A stretch of DNA of 64,000 nt from Candidatus Hydrogenedentota bacterium (GTDB taxonomy: Bacteria; Hydrogenedentota; Hydrogenedentia; Hydrogenedentales; SLHB01), in contig CAVUWV010000017.1 of the NCBI GenBank assembly GCA_963745075.1, positions 1 through 64,000 on the forward strand. The letters are read 5' to 3'. Positions 58,378 through 64,000 of the stretch are shown one piece after another (position 1 is the stretch's first letter; every line of letters begins with the position of its first letter). The position numbers were made by a program, and so were the translations under genes. The notes below the pieces were generated by a model. It saw nothing but the letters and a program-made list of their open reading frames with translations, was not told the origin of the DNA and did no database searches.

Positions 58378-59343
58378 TTACTCGACCACGACTCTCCACG
58401 TCATACGCCGGTACTCCGTGGCATCACCTCGCACCGGATCCTCCGCCAGGCATTCCAGGGTATGGTCGCCTTTGAGCTTGAATGCATACTGTAACACGGA
58501 CTCGTTGCCCACGAGCTTGCCGTCGGCCGTCCACGTGTACTTCTGAAATCCGGGCGGGCCGTTCAACGTGAATTCTGTCTTTGCCGGCACCTTCCAGGGG
58601 ACGGCCGGTGTCGGATTCACATTGAGGGTTCCGGACCAAGCCGCCACGAGCCCCCCATTTTCCCGTTCCTCGTACTGTATCGAGTTTGGTCCGACCATCG
58701 AAAACACGTAATCGAGCGTGCCCTTTCCCTTGCCTGATTCGACCGTCCTACCATTTACCAGCCAGCGGTATTCGTGTTCCGGGTCGGAACCAAGAGGTAA
58801 TTCGAATGGAAACCCTTCTTGGTATGAGTCGGGAAGCGCGACTCCCACCCGTTCCCGTTTCGCGGGCTGAAGCAGATTCAGTTCCGCCTTCAATTGTTCC
58901 GTGGTAATGCCCATCGCCTTCGCGCGATTTGCAAGGGTTCCAGGCAGGGTGTCCAACGGTGTCTTTATGGTTGCTTTCGCGGGTCCCTGCCGTGTCGCGA
59001 TACGCAGGGTGAACGTCCCCATCTCGACTTGTGCCGGATTCGGGCGAATCGTGAGTACCGCCGGGCCTTCGTCAGACCAATCGATTAGAAACTGGTAGCT
59101 ATAGTTCCTGTCGTCGATCATAGCCCGTGCCCCGCGGACTGCTTCCGAAGGAACCGGTGACCCATCCGAAACAAGGCGAATCGTTGCGCTCTCGTCCAGA
59201 CCCGAAAACGATATGGTTTCAGGCTCGCACGTGACCGGTCCAGCCATGGCGGCGCCACACACGACGAGCAGTGCAACGCCAACACAAAACCCGATCGAGA
59301 AGCACCATGGACGAGTAGAAGTTTTCTTATTCGCGTCAAACAT
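58378..59343 (-). CDS. Hypothetical secreted protein with Ig/PKD-like beta domains
   Basis: Signal-like N-terminus; repeated Y.W.VNG / YTWTADG motifs; start uncertain (59343 or 59382). Confidence 0.55.
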   Translation of the reverse strand: MFDANKKTSTRPWCFSIGFCVGVALLVVCGAAMAGPVTCEPETISFSGLDESATIRLVSDGSPVPSEAVRGARAMIDDRNYSYQFLIDWSDEGPAVLTIRPNPAQVEMGTFTLRIATRQGPAKATIKTPLDTLPGTLANRAKAMGITTEQLKAELNLLQPAKRERVGVALPDSYQEGFPFELPLGSDPEHEYRWLVNGRTVESGKGKGTLDYVFSMVGPNSIQYEERENGGLVAAWSGTLNVNPTPAVPWKVPAKTEFTLNGPPGFQKYTWTADGKLVGNESVLQYAFKLKGDHTLECLAEDPVRGDATEYRRMTWRVVVE

Positions 59344-59427
59344 AATAGTGGCTCCTACGTTCCCGCGACCCGGATACTCCATATCCGAAACAGCGGCCAG
59401 GGTTCCAAAAATGCCGATTTCGCGATC

Positions 59428-59461
59428 AAAAAAACGCGCCCCGGAGCGACTCCGGGGCGCG
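59428..59461 (-). terminator. Rho-independent terminator of fba
   Basis: 12-bp stem CGCGCCCCGGAG/CTCCGGGGCGCG followed by T7 on the minus strand. Confidence 0.85.
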
Positions 59462-59493
59462 AAACTTGTAGCGAAGAATTGACCTGTGAACGA

Positions 59494-60552
59494 TTATGCC
59501 GTGGCGAGAGTACCGCCCTTAGCATAGACTTCCTTCATGTCTTCGATCGTGATCGGGGCGTAGTCTTTCGCGTGACCGGCCTGGCCGAAGGCGATCATGC
59601 GGGCTTTGTACACTTCATAGGCGGCGTGCCGGGCGGGCTTTAACCAGTCGCGCGGGTCGAACTTCTCCGGCGTCTCCCACAGCACCTTACGCACCGCGCC
59701 GGTCATGGCGAGGCGGCTGTCCGTGTCCACGTTGATCTTGCGGACGCCGTGCTTGATGCCGTCCTGAATCTGATCCACCGGAATGCCGTAGGTGCCCGGC
59801 ATCTTACCGCCGTACTGGTTGATGATGTCGACCAGTTCCTTCGGCACGCTCGACGAGCCGTGCATCACCATGTGGCAGGTCGGCATGCGTTTGTGAATTT
59901 CGTGAATGCGATCCATCGCCAGCGCGGGGGGCAGCATTTCGCCCGTCTTCGGGTCCTTGCGCAACGATTTGTACGCGCCGTGGCTCGTTCCGATCGCCAC
60001 CGCCAGCGCGTCCAGACCGGTCTTCGCAACGAAGTCTTCGGCTTCTTCCGGATTCGTCAAGTGTTCCGTATCGTCCGCAGCAATACCGGCGCCGTGGCCG
60101 TCTTCAATACCGCCCAGACAGCCCAACTCGCCTTCCACAGTTACGCCGACGGCGTGGGCCATTTCGACCACCTTGCGCGTCACTTCCACATTCTGCTCGT
60201 AGGAGTTGGGCGTCTTGCCATCCTCACCCAAGGATCCGTCCATCATGACGGACGAAAACCCCAGATCGATGGCTTCCCGACAGGTATCCGGGCTGTTTCC
60301 GTGATCCAGGTGCATCGCCAGCGGAATCTCGGGGCACTCCTCCACCGCAGCCTGAATCAGGTTGCGAAGATAGATCATCTTGCTGTACTTCAGGGCGCCG
60401 CGGCTGGCCTGGATGATGACCGGGCTCTGGGTCTCCTGGGCGGCTTCCATGATGGCCTGAATCTGTTCCATATTGTTGACGTTGAACGCGCCAACGCCGT
60501 AGCCGCCCTTGGCGGCCTCATCGAGGATTTGTCGCATCGGTACTAGTGGCAT
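59494..60552 (-). CDS. fba: Class II fructose-bisphosphate aldolase
   Basis: [52 protein letters not shown]. Confidence 0.96.
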   Translation of the reverse strand: MPLVPMRQILDEAAKGGYGVGAFNVNNMEQIQAIMEAAQETQSPVIIQASRGALKYSKMIYLRNLIQAAVEECPEIPLAMHLDHGNSPDTCREAIDLGFSSVMMDGSLGEDGKTPNSYEQNVEVTRKVVEMAHAVGVTVEGELGCLGGIEDGHGAGIAADDTEHLTNPEEAEDFVAKTGLDALAVAIGTSHGAYKSLRKDPKTGEMLPPALAMDRIHEIHKRMPTCHMVMHGSSSVPKELVDIINQYGGKMPGTYGIPVDQIQDGIKHGVRKINVDTDSRLAMTGAVRKVLWETPEKFDPRDWLKPARHAAYEVYKARMIAFGQAGHAKDYAPITIEDMKEVYAKGGTLATA

Positions 60553-60797
60553 GGGTCAAAATCTCCTGTGTATGGTCTCGCGGGAGGGCATCCTACGGAC
60601 GGTTTTCCCGCCTTTGTCTAAAAGCAAACACTGGGCGGGAGTATAGCATCCTGTGCCAGATGAGCGCAAAAGAACGAAATCCCAGTGGGGCCGGAATCCC
60701 TCCCCGCGCCGGCAGGAAATCGGCGGAATAGCAGTTCGCCGCGTTTGTGTTCTGCTTATAGTTAGGCTATTCTTGTGGGTCCACATCAGGAGGCGAA

Positions 60798-61730
60798 ATG
60801 CGAATCATCATGGCCAAGCCCCGAGGCTTCTGCGCGGGCGTCGAGCGGGCGATCAAGTGTGTCGAGCAGGCGATCGACCGTTATGGCGCACCGGTTTACG
60901 TGCTGAACGATATCGTTCACAACGCGCATGTTGTCAACGATCTTCGGGCCAAGGGCGCCGTATTTGTAAAGGATATCAACGAGGTTCCCGCCGGCGCGCA
61001 CCTCCTGTTCAGCGCGCACGGGGTCAGCCCCGAACGCTTTGAGCACGCCGAAAAGTACCAGATGGACGTGATCGACGCCACCTGCCCCTTGGTGGAGAAG
61101 GTCCACAACGAAGCGCGCCGGTTTGCGGCCAAGGATTTCACGGTCATCCTCATCGGCGAAGAAGGCCACGACGAAACCGTCGGCACCATGGGCTGGGCGC
61201 CGAACCACATTCGGCTTGTCCTGGACGAGAAAGACGTGGAGGCGCTCGAGGTTCCCAATCCCGATCAGATGTCGTATATTACCCAGACTACCCTGAGCGT
61301 GGAAGACTGCGAACGGGTGATCGCTGCGCTCAGACGCAAGTTCCCCAATATCCAGGGCCCGCCCAAAGCGGATATCTGCTACGCGACCACCAATCGGCAG
61401 GCTGCGGTCAACGCCTTGTCCCCCGAAGTCGACCTCGTGATCGTCGTCGGTGATCGAGAGAGCGCCAATTCCAACCGACTCGCCGAAATCTGCCGCGCCA
61501 AAGGTAAACCCGCGTATCTTATCAGCACCGCCGATATGATTGAAGAGGCGTGGTTGGACGGCGTGGAGTCGATTTTGTTGACCGCGGGCGCTTCGGCCCC
61601 GGAATCGCTTGTCCAGGGGGTCATCGAGTTCTTCAAGGAACGTGGTCCGTTGAAAGTGGAAGAAAGCGAGATCATGATGGAGAACGTCCATTTTAAACTC
61701 CCGGCGGAACTCGCCGCGACCGCCAGGTAA
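60798..61730 (+). CDS. ispH: 4-hydroxy-3-methylbut-2-enyl diphosphate reductase
   Basis: PRGFCAGV, IVHN, FSAHGV, DATCPLV.KVH, TQTTLS, DICYATTNRQ, SANS, TAGASAP. Confidence 0.97.
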   Translation: MRIIMAKPRGFCAGVERAIKCVEQAIDRYGAPVYVLNDIVHNAHVVNDLRAKGAVFVKDINEVPAGAHLLFSAHGVSPERFEHAEKYQMDVIDATCPLVEKVHNEARRFAAKDFTVILIGEEGHDETVGTMGWAPNHIRLVLDEKDVEALEVPNPDQMSYITQTTLSVEDCERVIAALRRKFPNIQGPPKADICYATTNRQAAVNALSPEVDLVIVVGDRESANSNRLAEICRAKGKPAYLISTADMIEEAWLDGVESILLTAGASAPESLVQGVIEFFKERGPLKVEESEIMMENVHFKLPAELAATAR

Positions 61731-61850
61731 GCAGTCCATCTTCGTATTGCGTCTCCCTGAGATTTCAACTGGTATACTTACCGTCGGAGCACGTTCGACG
61801 CCGAGGCTGGGTTTCGGAGTGATTCCGAGGATATCCAAGGGGAAGACGCA

Positions 61851-62864
61851 ATGATCCGTAGTCGTGTATACGTCTTGTCGGCGATCGTTACGTTCGGATG
61901 TCTTCTGGCCGGCTGCCCCCAGCCGAACGACCCCACCCCGCCCGATCCGGATCCTATCATCGACTACCGGGCTGAGATGCGTACCTTTGTCACCGAACTC
62001 GCCGGTTATGCACGAAATGTCAATCCCGATTTCATGGTCATCGCTCAGAACGGTCCCGAACTGCTCACGACCAACGGCGAGGCGAACGGTGACCTGTCAA
62101 CGGACTATGCGAACGCATTGGATGGACTCGGCCAGGAACATTCCTTCTACGGACAGGATGCCTACAATACGGCCACCGCGCAGAACGACCGGGACTATTA
62201 CGTTGCTTTTCTGAACCGCGCGGAAACCGAAGGCATCGAAGTGCTCGTAACCGACTACTGCGACGTACCGGCGCTCGTTCTGGATGCCTATGCCCGTGCC
62301 GCGAATCGAGGTTACATCCACTTCGCGGCGCCCAACCCCAGCTACGACCTGGACACGATTCCCGCGTTTCCGGCAGCGCCATTCGGCGTGAACGACGGGG
62401 ATATCGCCACCCTCGCGGACGCGAAGAACTTCCTTTACGTCATCGACAGCGAACCGTTCGGATCGCGGGCGAATTTCGTCTCGGCGGTTCAAGCGACCGA
62501 CTACGACGTCCTCATCATGGACCCCTTCCACGACGGGACCGCTTTCACGGTGGACCAGGTGACGGCGCTGCGTGTGAAGGCGAACGGCGGCACGCGGCTG
62601 GTCATCGCCTATGTGAACATCGGCGCCGCCGAAACGTGGCGGTACTACTGGGACGCCAACTGGGAGACCGGGAACCCCGAGTGGATCGATGCGACGTACG
62701 ACGGGTACCCCGACGAGCATTGGGTGCACTATTGGGACAGCGCCTGGAAAGCCATCATCTACGGGAACGATACGTCATACCTCAAACGCGTTTTGGATGC
62801 CGGATTTGACGGCGTGTACCTTGACAACATTCTGGCTTTCGAATTCTTTGAGGGGCAAAACTAA
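61851..62864 (+). CDS. Endo-alpha-1,4-polygalactosaminidase-like (GH114/TM1410-like) lipoprotein
   Basis: Lipobox LAGC; IAQNG, DGLGQE, VTDY, IAYVNIGAAETWRYYW, GFDGVYLDNI. Confidence 0.82.
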   Translation: MIRSRVYVLSAIVTFGCLLAGCPQPNDPTPPDPDPIIDYRAEMRTFVTELAGYARNVNPDFMVIAQNGPELLTTNGEANGDLSTDYANALDGLGQEHSFYGQDAYNTATAQNDRDYYVAFLNRAETEGIEVLVTDYCDVPALVLDAYARAANRGYIHFAAPNPSYDLDTIPAFPAAPFGVNDGDIATLADAKNFLYVIDSEPFGSRANFVSAVQATDYDVLIMDPFHDGTAFTVDQVTALRVKANGGTRLVIAYVNIGAAETWRYYWDANWETGNPEWIDATYDGYPDEHWVHYWDSAWKAIIYGNDTSYLKRVLDAGFDGVYLDNILAFEFFEGQN

Positions 62865-62892
62865 AGCCGGCAATCTGAAGACCGCCGGCTTT
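62863..62892. terminator. Possibly bidirectional terminator hairpin between convergent genes
   Basis: AAAGCCGGC...GCCGGCTTT. Confidence 0.55.
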
Positions 62893-62974
62893 ACTATCCG
62901 TATTGGATTCCAGCAACCGCGTCACCTGCCTCAACTGTTGCGGCCGCTGTCCAATATCAAGTGTCGTTCAATTG

Positions 62975-63268
62975 TTACCAGGATCGGCCGCCGCGTCCAC
63001 CGCGATCGCCGCCTCGACCTCCTTCTGCTTTCGGACGGGCTTCGTTCACCCGCAGGGGCCGTCCACCCATATCTTTTCCGTCCAGGCCGCTGATGGCCGC
63101 CTGGGCTTCGCCGCTGTCCGGCATCTCCACGAAACCAAATCCCTTGGACTGGTCGGTGTACTTGTCGACAATGATTCGAGCGGAATCGACACGGCCGTAG
63201 CCTTCGAATGCCTGCTTCAGCTCATCTTCCGTTGCGTTGTACGGCAAGTTACCCACATAAATGTTCAT
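62975..63268 (-). CDS. RRM RNA-binding protein with a Gly/Arg-rich tail
   Basis: RNP2 IYVGNL, RNP1 KGFGFVEM, LRVNEARP, GGRGG tail. Confidence 0.95.
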   Translation of the reverse strand: MNIYVGNLPYNATEDELKQAFEGYGRVDSARIIVDKYTDQSKGFGFVEMPDSGEAQAAISGLDGKDMGGRPLRVNEARPKAEGGRGGDRGGRGGRSW

Positions 63269-63451
63269 CACGGGATCCTTCTGCTTTTCTACTACGTTTC
63301 ACCAATGGACGTGGTTCAAGACATCTGGGGGACCGAAGGGACCAAGGAAGAGCGAGAAGCGGCAGGTGAGGCGTCAAGCAGGATCATTGGTAGCAATCGT
63401 CATCCAAGAGTCAGGAACACTGGGGCCCTACACAGCACCCCACTTGGCTAC

Positions 63452-63481
63452 GTTATATCATGCACTTTGCGATTTTGGCAA
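63452..63481 (-). promoter_or_regulatory. Putative sigma70 promoter of the RRM gene
   Basis: Minus strand TTGCCA-18 nt-TATAAC with an extended TG motif. Confidence 0.5.
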
Positions 63482-63612
63482 TAGAAAATATCGGGAAAAG
63501 TTAGCCATCCTAGGCTCGCGGAAACCAATTCCCTCGCCTGGGGATCGTAGGTGGCGATTGTGGTTTGATAGCGAGGATTCACGGACTTCTTGGGCTCGCG
63601 GGAGCACGTTTA

Positions 63613-64000
63613 ATGCTGAATTATAAATACCGCATTATGGGCGCGGTCATCGTGGTGCTGAACGCCGGATTCGCGATCGCCGGAGATCCCGGTGTCGTTG
63701 CGGTGTCCCTCACCAATGCGGAATACCGGTTCCAATTGGTGGACAACCCGTCCCTCAAAGACCACCTGACGGTCTCCAAAGTGTTTCATGAACGCAAGGC
63801 GGAATGCGCCATCAATGGCGGATTCTTTGACGAGAATTTCAATCCGGTTGGTTACTACAAAGTCGACGGCGAGGTGCGTTCCTCCCATCCATCCCGGGGC
63901 CTGTCCGGCTATGTCTGTATCGACCGCGCCGGGAAGTTATCCATCCATTTCAAGGAGGTGGATCCGGAGAACTACGAGTCCGTCTTTCAAGCCGGTCCCA
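63613..64000 (+). CDS. Phosphodiester glycosidase (NAGPA/DUF2233) family protein, partial
   Basis: Not in the ORF track. Manual translation MLNYKYRIMGAVIVV...CAINGGFFDENFNPVG...VFQAGP; AINGGFF and QAGP are family motifs. Runs off the window end. Confidence 0.8.
   Translation, partial: MLNYKYRIMGAVIVVLNAGFAIAGDPGVVAVSLTNAEYRFQLVDNPSLKDHLTVSKVFHERKAECAINGGFFDENFNPVGYYKVDGEVRSSHPSRGLSGYVCIDRAGKLSIHFKEVDPENYESVFQAGP

Noticed and set aside
60786..61838. Long antisense ORFs (350 aa here; also 222-1406, 16805-18262, 38356-39504, 48545-49474 and others)
   Set aside because: Shadow frames of well-supported genes, expected in high-GC DNA; no motifs or RBS.

Overview
A GC-rich bacterial chromosomal window with about 54 coding regions. 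The many secreted glycoside-hydrolase-like orphans, Gfo/Idh/MocA enzymes and DUF4340/Gld ABC module suggest a lineage such as Candidatus Hydrogenedentota (inference only). Housekeeping blocks: pabB (partial), a transketolase-like enzyme, oppABCDF, htrA, pepF, mreBCD-mrdA-rodA-rng, metF, a D-Ala-D-Ala dipeptidase, class II fba, ispH and an RRM protein. Accessory content: LamG/TIM-barrel secreted proteins, WG- and PD40-repeat proteins, a four-repeat beta-rich lipoprotein, a sugar oxidoreductase/isomerase cluster and a VapBC-type toxin-antitoxin pair. No rRNA, tRNA, CRISPR array, transposase or integrase was recognised. Two genes carry clear single-base frameshifts: a DegT-family aminotransferase near 4339 and a TPR protein near 46692. 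The best novelty candidate is a ~125-nt leader at 44951-45076 (minus strand). It has two mutually exclusive folds, one hiding and one exposing the Shine-Dalgarno, and precedes an uncharacterised 185-aa protein next to the toxin-antitoxin pair. Other candidates: three sequence-unrelated intergenic inverted elements with 9-bp periodicity, a diverged tandem duplication carrying RBS+ATG upstream of the transketolase, an AT-rich repeat block in front of a DUF2089 HTH gene, and an apparently circularly permuted GH114-like lipoprotein. All family assignments come from motif recognition by eye; no searches were run.
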